NCBI RefSeq assembly: GCF_009914755.1
Contig: NC_060926.1
Strand: one strand, 5' to 3'
DNA length: 64,000 nt
Source: the human T2T-CHM13v2.0 reference genome, Homo sapiens
The notes beneath the pieces were generated by a model, which had not been told where the DNA came from, searched no databases, and saw nothing but the letters and a program-made list of their open reading frames with translations. Below are positions 30,151 to 41,680 of the stretch, piece by piece. Positions within the stretch are counted from its first letter, which is position 1, and every line of letters starts with the position of its first letter. Both the position numbers and the translations under genes were made by a program.

Positions 30151-31179
30151 AACTGGTACAAAAAGTTAGTCAAATACAAAATCAGTATTTTCTAGAAAAT
30201 TATTACATCTCTTATTTTCCTCTATTGTGTGATCTCCTATACAGTTTTACTGATGATGAGGAAATTAGAAAAGAAAGGAATCTATTAATAACTGGAGTAA
30301 AAAGAAGAAATGATGTATTATTAAGGTTTGCTGCAGTCATTTGTATATTGAGAGGATACATATCTTTACCTGTTTAGGAAGGCAAAGTTGTTTTATTTGA
30401 GGCACAAACACTTCATCTGAACTGACCCTATGTGTTGTGGCACCCTACAACATCTGCCTCAACAGGCAGCATTGATTATTTGCCATAATAATTAGGATTT
30501 CAATAGAAATGGCCAGCCTCCATCTATAAGGTGTTCTTTCCTAATAGCTTTGCTGTACATTATACATACGTGGTGACCTATGCCCCCAAGTTCAACCATA
30601 TTCCTTGTAAATGTGAAAATATGGTAGTTTCATCACTTCTCAAAAAAAGAGAAGTAGGTATTCTGCAGTACTCTCAGTGCTTTCTATTGTCCTGCTGTTA
30701 GTGAAAATCGCTTAAGATCATATCTAACTAACAATGATTAGTTAGACAAATAGTGTCAAAAATTATGTCATACAATTTTTTTCCAGTTTTTTCATATAGC
30801 ACTAAAACTGTTGTGAGAGCTAATTTGTCAAAAACGGTCTGTACTAGCTTTAGCCCAGTATAAATAAAGTGTGAAAGTAAACAATCAATCACACACGCAC
30901 ATAATAAATAATATGCAAAGCACAGAAGGAATGATTTTTTCAAAGTTTAGTCAATGAAAGTAGATTTGAACATTTTTTATGAAATTAGACCAGAAATATG
31001 AGTACAACATTAGAAATATTGAAATCTGAAGCAAAATTTTTAGTAAAAAGAGGAAGCACATGAGAAACAGGGGTATTTGTTGAACTATTGAAATACTCCA
31101 AAGAAACTAGTTTCTATTTTTATGAAAAACAATGAAGTCTGTAGGTATATATTTATAAGATGAGTCATATTGGGAGCCA

Positions 31180-31580
31180 TCTTTAAAAAATCAGACATTT
31201 TGTCTATTTCTTTTGTTGTATGTTTTACATAGTTGAGGTTGTACCCCACAAATATATTGGGATCTTGCTTTCCATTTAATATGCTATTATGCTATATATT
31301 TTCCTTTATCATTAACATCTTTTGTTCTTAATATTCAGTGGTTACATGGCATTACACTTTTGGTGTTCCATAATTTAATTAAACTTTCTCTTATTGTTTC
31401 TACTTTTTCTTTACTTTTAAATAATGTAGCACTAAACATCTTTGAGCATAAATCTTAATCTGCCCTATTGCCTTCAGACAGGAAATACTAAGATGAACGA
31501 CTGAACATTTTTAAGACTCAATACATTTTGCCAAGTTATCTTGAGAAGATGAACTAATTTACACTTTTTAAAGCAGTAGT
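31180..31580 (-). mobile_element. L1ME-type fragment
   Basis: TAAACATCTTTGAGCATAAATCTT, AACATTTTTAAGACTC, CTAATTTACACT. Diverged. Confidence 0.55.
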
Positions 31581-32111
31581 ATGTAAAACAAAATGAATTA
31601 CTTGTATTTACTGAGGTATTTGAAGCAAGTCACTTTTGAATACAAATAAAAGGTAAAATCTTTATGATAAAAGTAAACTTTAATATAGAAAACTTGTGAT
31701 TCTTATAGTTTTTTTACTGTTTCTCAACCTAAAAATATTAAAATGAATGCTATTTGAATTACTAAGATATGGTATATTTATACAAAAATATAATTTCAAA
31801 CAGTGACTTATATTGGGGAAAACTAGGAAACAGGAATTAGTAGGGCCAAGGAATTTTGACCTTGGCCCTACTAATAACTGACCTTGGGTATGTCACTTAA
31901 CTTCCCTAGATTTTAGTTTTCCCCATCTGTAAAATAAGTGCATTGGATCACATGATCCCTTAGAGATGAAAAGCAAGAGCTAAATGAGTAGTAATTATTA
32001 TAAAGAAGTTCTTGCTCTTTTTAAGATGCTCATCTTTTATTATTTGAGATGTTCTTATGTGCAGCAAGTCATCAAATAAATAGAGTTACCCTCAATGTAT
32101 GCTTTTTACTC

Positions 32112-32391
32112 TGCTGTGGTCTGAATGTTCTTGCATCTCCAAAGTTCATATGTTGAAAATGTAATCACCAATATAAGGGCATTAGGTGAGACATTTGGGA
32201 GATGATTAGACCATGAAGGCAGAGACCTCATAAATTGAATTAGTGCCCTTATAAAAGAGGCCCCAGAGAGTTGCCTTGCCCCCTTTTCTTCCATGTGAGG
32301 TTAGAGTGAGACTTCTCAGCCTTGGGAGCTGTGAGAAATAAATATTTGTTGTTGTGGCATTTTGTTATAGCAGCCCAAATGGACTAAGATA
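32112..32391 (+). mobile_element. MLT1A-type MaLR LTR with internal deletion
   Basis: TGCTGTGGTCTGAATGT..GTGCCCTTATAAAAGAGGCCCCAGAGAG..TTTTGTTATAGCAGCCCAAATGGACTAAGATA. TSD (T/C)ACTC. Confidence 0.9.
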
Positions 32392-32989
32392 CACTCTTTT
32401 GGCTCTCTCTTCATTCAGTCCAAGGGTGTTCTGCTAGGTTTTGGCTACTCTTCATTTCTTTTATCAAATATTTGTTAAGGCTTATTAGGGCCTAAAGTCT
32501 AGAGGCATTCTGCTTTACTATTATGACCATATCTTAATAACACTGGTATGAGTAACATACTGTATGAGTAAATAATTTGTTTTAGAGCAATGGTTTTCTA
32601 AAAATGGGAGATCATAGTTTTTAGTAATTAATTGTGTTAAATTACTATTAAGAGGGTCAAGTAATAGATGTTAAGTAATTTTTTGGATTAAATAGATCTT
32701 ATCAACTAGATAATAGAGAGATTAAGAGCTGCTTTGCACTCAGGTTTCATGTTTTTATTGCAAAGATCAATTGTGCTTACAAGAAAACACTGAAGGAAAT
32801 TGGGGATTATATATACTAATTAATAACATCCAGAGAATGATAAAAATATCAGTGTTTGTATTCTTGCTGTGACAAAATACCTGAAGGAAAAGTTCAATTT
32901 TCTTATTTTTCATTATTGATTCATTTAATAACTTTGATATGTAATAGTATAGGAGATTAGGAATGAACCTTGCTTGATGTTTCGCTTTT

Positions 32990-33720
32990 CCTCATTTCTC
33001 ACATTCAATCCCTGAATTCTATCTTTTTTCAATAAGATGTGTATCTGGATCTATTCATTTCTCTTCATTCCTATTGCCACTTCTTTGGTTCAGGCCATCA
33101 TCATCCCCTGATTGAAATTATTTAACATTCTCCTGATTTGTCTCCCGTCCTCCAGTTTTGTTTTACTCAATTGATTGTCTATAGAGTAGCCGGGATATTT
33201 TAAACCTGATTATGCTGACAGTTTGTCATTTCCCTAAGGGTAAAGCTCACACTCTTTAAATGGCTCCTGACGCTTACCGTGACTGGGCCTCACTTCTCAT
33301 CTCTTCCCTCTGTTCTTACACTTTATGGTCTAACCTATGTTGTATTTGCCATTCCTTGAATGTGACTAGATCAGAATCTTCTGTTTTAACAGTACTTCCC
33401 TAAGGAAATCTTTTCTGATCCCTAGATTAGGGTAGGATGCCTTGCTACGGCTTTCATGTCAACTTTTAATTCTTCAGTTATAACAAAACATGCTTGTTTG
33501 ATTTATCTGCTTTCTGTGATGGCAGGTTTTGTGTTGTTTGTTATGGAGTCCCTAGCACCTATATAGTACCTGACACATAGAAGATATTCAATATTTTCTA
33601 CAGGAAAGAATGAATATAGAAAGAGAGACGATGTAGCTTAGGAAGGCTTTATTGAGAAGATAGGTCTTAAAGGATGAGTACCTATTTTGATTATAATAAG
33701 AGGGTAAATACTACATAGAT
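32990..33720. mobile_element. L2 relic(s)
   Basis: CAGGCCATCATCATC, CCCTAGCACCTATATAGTACCTGACACATAGAAGATATTCAATA..GAATGAAT L2 3' end. Confidence 0.65.
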
Positions 33721-34332
33721 GGAAATATTTGTTTACATGTGATTTTTCATTCAGATGTGTTATAGTATACATACAGCAGAATACCAAGCTCTGTGTCTCC
33801 AACCTGTGCAGTTAGAGTCAGTAGTTTTTCTAAAAGTATAATTTGGATCAGCCCAGTTTCTTAAGACTCATTGTGACTAGTCTCCATCAAATGTTGTGAG
33901 TGAAAGAAGGGAAACTATTCACAGGTAAATAAAGTGTTCATAGAGTCGTGAATTCAGGCTATTCATAATGTGAGGGCTGTTTCAGGATAATATGTTGCAC
34001 TTGGTGTCTTAATTTTGAATGTAGTTGAATTGACTATAATCTTAGTCTTTTTTTTTTTTGGTTTGTGTTTTCTTTAGTTATAAAACACAACCTTTTGTCA
34101 CACGGTAAAGAGAAAGCATTTCCAATTATAATTTTTGAGATATTGATTCTATATTAGAACACTTTATCAATCTTAAAGTTCCCTGATTCTGCTATGTTGT
34201 GGTAAAAGAAAACAGTACTCAAACTTTAATAAATAAGACACAGTGAAAATCCATAGTAAAAATGCCAACAACTTACATAGGTTTCATTACTAGACTTAAC
34301 CGTGCAGTTTTAGCATTTGATAATACCACATT

Positions 34333-34859
34333 ATCTTTTGCATGTAAATTCTTTAGAAGAAGATATTAAATAAAAAGATAAAATGTATGTTGGTATGAAG
34401 AATCTGAAACATAAATGAAATCCCTGAAAATTAAAAGGTGAATATGTATTTACCTATTTACTATTTACACAACTATCAAAGATTGCCAAAATAAAAATCC
34501 TGTATAGGCGCTCATCATTTTGATGGGTGGATAAGTCGTGATACCCATAGTTTGGAAGGAAGATTCCTTCAAGAGAGTACAATTTTGCTTGGTAAATCTT
34601 TTGCATGTTAAACTTTTTAGAAGAAGAAATTAAATAAAAATATAAAATGTATGTTGGTATGAAGAATCTGAAACATAAATGAAATTCCTGAAAATTAAAG
34701 GGTGAATATGTATTTACCTATTTACTATTTATACAACTATCAAAGATTGCCAAAATAAAAATCCTTTTTAGGCACTCATCATTTTGATGGGTGGATAAGT
34801 GATGATATTCAGAGTTTGGAGGGAAAATTCCTTTAAGAGAGTATAATTTTGCTTGGTAA
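34333..34859. repeat. Head-to-tail tandem duplication, 2 x ~263 bp
   Basis: Copy 1 is 34333-34595 and copy 2 is 34596-34859. About 19 substitutions plus 1 indel by hand alignment (~92% identity). Confidence 0.97.
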
Positions 34860-35582
34860 GTCATAAAGCCTAAAGCTTAGTCACATATAGAGAAAGCTGC
34901 CTAATAATTAAGAGTTGACATTTTAACATGGTATTTGCAACAGACACATTGGATACTTAATTAAATGGAAAACTGCTTATTTTTAAAGGACTGAAAAAAT
35001 TCAACTCTCCTTGGCAAATGAAGTCTTCATAGTATCAGAAATGGGAAATCTGAAGGATGTGGCTCATTCTCTGTTTCGATGATGCAGAATTGCTCTAAGC
35101 AGTAAGCTTACAGTTTTCAGACAGCATCAGCAAATACAACTGTGTCAGTCTCTCTTAGTATGGGGTGTTTGTAACTGCACAGGGGAGATGATAAATAGTA
35201 TATGTGATTTGATATCTTGATGATGGCTTAAACAGATACTGATGGACAGATCTGTTGTTTGATATTTTTTTCACTAGCCCTGAAGATGCTGAGACATAGA
35301 GATGGCTGTGATTATCTTTTGTAAGACAGGAAATGCAGTCTTTAGGGGTTTCTGGAAATAGAAAGGTCATGCAGTCTGGAACCTGTGAGCCTTTTCAATC
35401 TCTAAGTCATCAGGTATGACCTCATGAATTATGATGATAATATTAGAATGTAGGGTGCTTGCTTTTTCTAGTTCTTACTCATTGAAAATATATTCATTAA
35501 TGTAATTGTTTATTGTCAGACTTTCCTTAGGATATTTGAACAAGTAAGATTTATGGCAGCTAAACAATATGATTATTAGAAA

Positions 35583-35619
35583 TGTGTGTGTATGTGTGTG
35601 CCTGTGTGTGTGTATGTGT
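35583..35619. repeat. Imperfect (TG)n microsatellite
   Basis: TGTGTGTGTATGTGTGTGCCTGTGTGTGTGTATGTGT. Confidence 0.9.
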
Positions 35620-38319
35620 TTAAATTTGTGTTTACTTTAGCTTTTTGGGGGAGAGGGCGGTAAAGGAAGAGATTCTTTGAATGTGATTAAAAGCAAGGTT
35701 TGGGGCACTTCAGATTTTTCCAGATTAAGCCTGAATAGAGTCAATCTTTATATTTTACTTCAAGTGATAAAAATAGTATAAATCGATCAAACTGATAAGG
35801 ATACATCGTAGCTAGCTGCTTACAGATACTGATATATTGCAAATATTTTTATTATTTGGAATTTCTTAACCATAGAAACTGATGCTGCTACCATTGTAGT
35901 GTGCTACATAGCAAAGGAAGTTTGGTGAATAGAATCATCTTTGTCAGCATCTGACCTATAAACTAATTTCCTGAAATTTATGTTGCATTATCTGAACTGT
36001 TGTAAAGACACTGGTTTTAATCATTTCTCAGATCTATTGAAATATTGATGCTCTTGGTGCTTTTAAGGTAGATATATACTAACGTATTGTTCATAGAAGA
36101 AAGGAGACTATAAATCTGTTTTTCACAAAGAAAGCTTGTGACATTTAAGCTTGTTGAAGATTTTTTGACCCAGAGAGCTTCGTCCTTTGCTTACTTTCAT
36201 TTTCAAACTGAAAATACTTGACTATGTTAAACATGCAAATGATTTGGATTTCGATGTCCATTTTGTACTGAAACTCTGCCATTTATTTTAAACTATTTTC
36301 ACCCATCAAGTTATATATAATGCATTTAACTTTGATTTGTTACAGCATGTCCTCAGAATTATATACTTGGATAAGAAACTACCTATATTTGACATTCAGA
36401 TTTTGAAGGAAATATATTTCATTTTTCAAAATATTGTACATGCTTCTGCCTCAATGTTAGAGAACTTTTCAGGTACTCCATATTAAATGATCAAAAAGAG
36501 AGAAATATATTGCAGCAGTTCTCAACAGCAAGATGGTTTTGTCTTTATGATTCTGTAGCCTGATTGTAATTTAATGCCTTATCAGGGTGAAATGACATAG
36601 ATTAAAAAAATGAATATATTTAAGGAAGTCTGAAACAATGAATTGATTCAGTTAAGGGGTTTCTCCTTTTTAATTAAAAACACATTCTGCCTACTGATAT
36701 TGACTATAATTTATATGTTATTCAGGCTACTTAGCCAGCTTATATTCTTATTAGTAGGGAAGATTGGCATATTCTTAAGCTTGATTAATTTTGAAATGAT
36801 TTGAATATACCTTTTAATTGCAACAAAATATGTCTAATCTGTTAGAATTTATTTCCAGTATTTGCATGTATTAGTCATTATGAGTACATTCTGTTTCTTG
36901 GCATTGCTTTGGGATTCCTCTTGGTATTGGTTTCACAGCATTCTGCTATTTTTCACTGTATTCCTGACCTTTCAAGAGAACCAAACTGTAAAGATTTTTA
37001 GTTACTTTCTGTTAGTGGCATTTAAATGAGGATATCGATAATTTTGTAAGGTGGAAAAAAATTACTATTTTAGAATTGTCATTTCTGTCACAAATCAGAG
37101 AAATTTTTCTCTATTACTATTTCAAAATATACTACAATAAAAAGCAAAGACTGGTTAGAATGTAGTTAAATGCAATGTCAATCTTTCTTCTTGCATGGCA
37201 GGATAATCTTGATCTTTGGAATGATAAAACTGATTGTAAACTTGCCCAGTAATGATTGGTCATCTTCCTTACAAAGGCTGCCTTCGTTTATACTATTTTA
37301 CATGCATTTCATTATACATCATAAAGGTTTTAAAGGTAAGCTGCCTATAAAAACTATTTGAGTAATTCTTCAATTCAGTAAACATAGTAAAGGCTGAGCA
37401 TTGGATGATACTGTATGTATTTGGTGTTATGAGGAATGCAGAAAAGAAAAAGTCATTTCCTGCTTTCAAGGAGATTAGAAAATATATACAATAAATTGTG
37501 TTCACATTTTGAATTGATTTTTGATAGGCAGTATGCTACAATCAGTTTTAACTTAATCTATAAGCTGATGAATCCTAGAAGGAGTTACATGTAACCTTTT
37601 TTCCTCATGTAAATTTCTTGATATTAGATAAATGAAGGCTTAGGTCAAACTGTATCATTATGCATCCCATAACTTTATTGAAAATTGCATTAAAGACTTT
37701 TAGAGTGCATAGTTTCTCGTATAGGGCTTTATAAACTGTGAGTCAGTAAAATAGCAAAATAGCTTTGCATGTTGTATAAGCCATCATTGTCAGTATGAGA
37801 CTGAAGGTGCACCCAGTCCACTGGCAGGAGGCAGAAGTGTCAGCTCAACATAGAGACTTGATCAATCCTGTCTAATTCCAGGCTCAGTGTGGGTAATTAA
37901 GTATTATGGAAGGGGTTTTGACTTTATAGGGATAAAACTTGGAAATAAAGAGTAGCAAGTATGGAAGTGTCTGTTACTAACTAGGTCATTTGGAGAGTCC
38001 TTTGAATAAAATGGGGGAATAGGATTTACCTCAGGTTCTGAGAAAGCGGATCAGGACCAACTAATTATGGAAGTGGACCTTAGCTGCTGCTTGGTGAACA
38101 GTCAGGCATTACTCTCTTCTCTTTCATTCCAATATGTTTGCTGAAAGTTGCAGGAAGGTGGGTGGAGAAGATGCAAAGCCCTTGTTTCCCCAGAATCCCA
38201 AACTGGAACACGCTGCCTGATAGTGCCTCCAAAGTGCCTGTTTCCTTGTATTAGAGCAATAGAAAATTGATTTGCAAATTCTTCTGGTTTGTAATGGCTG
38301 GCTGCAGTAAGAGGCTTGT

Positions 38320-38525
38320 GCAATGGTTCAGTGTCTGGACTGCCATGTTCTCTGGGTTCAAATCTTAGCTATGCTACTTACTGGCTGCATGATCTTGGCT
38401 TGTTTCCTGATGTGTAATATAGGGATAATAATGGCACCTACCTCAAAGAGTTGTGGTAAACATTAAGTGAGTTAATGTATGTGAAACACTTATAAGAGTA
38501 CCTGACATATATCAAACATATTATT
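38320..38525 (+). mobile_element. MIR
   Basis: CTGGGTTCAAATCTTAGCT..GGGATAATAATGGCACCTACCTCAAAGAGTTGTGG..ATTAAGTGAGTTAAT. Confidence 0.8.
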
Positions 38526-41229
38526 GTCAACATCCTTTGTCGACAGACTTTGTTATAGACATTCTAAGAGGTTGGATGGGCTATTGGCAAGACTTTGTAA
38601 CAGTCATCATGCAGTTTAGTTTTGTTCCCTCTCCCTTAATCTCTTTATCAAATAAGAAATTCAGCCAAAAATATATGCTACACTGAAATATAGTTATAAA
38701 AATGCAAACAAAGAACAACATGCTATATCTGATTCAATTCTAACATTTACTGACAATAAGAATTGTGACTTGATGAAAGATTTTGTGTTTAAACTTTACA
38801 TCTACCTGCTAGGCTGATCCAAACTCTCTTAGAATTCTATGTGTGCAGATTCTTTGCTTCTCTGTATTACACCAACTACTTTATTCATGACTGAAAGATT
38901 ACTAGGACTTTGGGAAAATTTAACAGCAACTTAAGGTCTTTCTTGTTTATTGTTTAAGACTAAAATTAAGGGGTAAAAAAAAGCCTTTCTTTAAAGGCTT
39001 AAAAAAAATAATAGGGGCAAATTTACCTAGCATAGATTTAGTGATATTTAGTCATCAAAAATGTCCAAGACAAAAAATTTTACCGAAAGTCAAACACAAC
39101 TTGTTTTTAATAATTTTATTTCTTGGCATTTTTATTCTAGATGAAACACTAAATGAAATATATTATAAATAGAATGCTACATATATAAGTAGAACAATTC
39201 AAGTTCCCATTTGATAGAGTATAATATTTTGAATTGCTGGTGATTATTTAATGTAAAAACATTTATCTGCTTAAAATTCTCAATAAACTTCAAAGAGAAG
39301 TGAGTAATATGATATTTGGATTAAATTTACATGCTTAAATATGGCATTTTATTACATCTCTGAATTTCACTTCTCTTCTCTGAAGAAATTTCCTCAGTGT
39401 GCTGCTGTTTCCCCCAAATTGGCAGAGTCAGTTGAATCTCAGAATAATGCAATTTTTAAAAACAAATATACAAAATCCTACAATGTTCTAGAAAGAATTG
39501 TACTGGGCAAGGATATAAAAGTCTGTAGGTCTCTGCCTTCAGGAGGTCACAGGTAATGGGTTGTAACTACAAAATACAAGTAACTATGGCAGAATATGAA
39601 AGTAGTGAATGCCATGAGGTAGTCTTGAAGACTGGCCAACATAGAGAGAAAAGGTCATTTCAGGCAGAGGAAACAACATCATTAAAGGTAGGGAGGCAGA
39701 AAGCAAATAATAGAATAGTTCATTTTGGCTATAGCCTAGTGGGATAACTTAGACTTACCACAGGAAAGGTTTGTTGGGACCAGATAAGTGTAGAATCTTG
39801 AATGCTAGACTATGATTTCTAAACTGAGAACATTTCTTTGCTGATGTACGTATTCCTGGAAAAAATAAAATAAAAAAAACAAAAGAGCAGTACCTATATT
39901 TTGAAGTCATTTTCAGAGCTCTAACCCTCTTGAGACTTTGAGAATGAAAATTAAATTCCTGAGTAGATTTAGTAGTTAGTAGACAAGGTAGGGGGTAGAA
40001 ACAAACTGAAGGATTTTAATAAAATTTTCTATCAAAATTGCACATGAGAGCATTTCTCAGTCTATCCACAAGCACTCAAAAGTCCTAGATTTCAGATCCT
40101 AAGAGACCTCCTGCTTGTCCGTGATGTAAACTCCATTTTATTGGTACGTAATCTGATTTAGCTTTGGCTTTGTTTTTGACATTTCCTAAAGCAAGGACAA
40201 TCTAGTGGGATCATTTTAATACAATGAATACTCATGTTACTATGGTGAATAGTTGGATAAAAAGGACTTTGTCTTAGGGAAAATTGGAAATTAAAATTGC
40301 CATTTTGAATCACGGAAGTCGCTGAATATTTTACCTTTGTTCTCTGTTCATTTAAAAATCATAAAGTAAACCATGTTTGCAAATACTTTTAATATCGCCT
40401 TCTTCTACTCCATACACCAGAGGCATTTTAGTATTGCATGAGGTTAGTAAAAAAGCTGGATACCTTCCAAGAGCAGATTTCCTTTAGATGTGACAGCTGG
40501 GATGTGACTTTTGGTATCAGATGCAGGAAGACGTCATTTGTACATGGTAATTGTGAAAAAATTGGAACTTATTACTCTCAGTATAAATGATCCATAAAAA
40601 GTATGTCAGAAGTAAAACTCCTGGAATTCTACAGGGAGAGTTAAAATAAAACCAGACACAGGTGCTCATCTGACTCTATTTTTAGAACAATAGGAGACTC
40701 ATATAACTGAGAATGCTCTGTACTTCCTGTATAAATCTACATTATTTGAAAGTCGTATTTTCTAGAAGTTCCTGTGAAGTTGTACTTATTAATCTTTGCA
40801 ACTTCACATTGCCTAGGAAAGAGCCATTCACCTGGTAGGAACCCAACAAATTTTCAGTGCTTGTCTTAGAATCATAGTCCCATTTCTGAAAGAAACCTTG
40901 AATATCATTGGGCTTCAAGTTGTTCTAAAAATGTTTAAGCATTTAAACATGGTTTTCTTTCTCAAAAAGCAAATAGAAGGCATTTAGAGGAAAAGGACCC
41001 TTTCTTCACCTTAAGACTTTTAAAAATGGCAATATGGGAAGATTAATAAGAAGAATAAGTTAAGGGAGAATTCAATATTCCTCCATGAAACTACTCTTTC
41101 TAAAAGGCAACAGAGACTGGTTCCAGTGAAGCATATTATGATGTGTGGCGTGTAAATGTATATCATTATCCCTACTCATCTTTTTCCCCAAATTCAATTT
41201 AATCTCATAAGAATTTATTGAGGCTACTG

Positions 41230-41500
41230 TATAACATGGAGGAAAGCTGTATACCACAGTAGCAAGGAGCTAGGGCTCCAGAGCGGGACTCCTGTGTTAT
41301 GATCCCATATCTTCCACTTTACTGGCAATTTTTATCTTAGGAAGTTACTTAATCTCTCTTTTCTTCAGTGTTTTCATCTGTGAAATGAGGACACTAATAC
41401 GTTAATCTCTAGAGTTGTAATGAAAATCAAATAAAATAATAAATTAATACTTCAAACAGTGCCTAGAGTGTTTGATACAGTGCCTAGCTTTTGGTTATTA
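41230..41500 (+). mobile_element. MIR
   Basis: GGAAGTTACTTAATCTCTCT..CAGTGTTTTCATCTGTGAAATGAGGA core. Confidence 0.75.
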
Positions 41501-41535
41501 TAATTATCCCCACTGAACTAGGTAAATGCTACAAA

Positions 41536-41680
41536 TATGTATGTGTATATTTGTGTGTATACACACAAATATGCATATATGTACACACACATACTGTACA
41601 TCCTATGTAAACACAATTTTAGTATGTATGTATGTCTATACATACGTATACATTCTACCTTAAGTATATATAGTATACTG
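41536..41680. repeat. Degenerate (TA/CA/TG)n low-complexity tract
   Basis: Alternating purine-pyrimidine sequence TATGTATGTGTATAT..ACACACATAC. Explains ORFs 41518-41748 and 41537-41731. Confidence 0.85.

Noticed and set aside
35218-35295. C/D-box snoRNA-like arrangement (TGATGA..CTGA..CTGA)
   Set aside because: Box C lacks the leading purine, the terminal stem does not fit kink-turn geometry and I recognise no rRNA guide. Such motifs occur by chance in AT-rich DNA.
37815-37836. CTCF-like motif CTGGCAGGAGGCAG
   Set aside because: It mismatches at a core position and cannot be supported without PWM scoring or ChIP.
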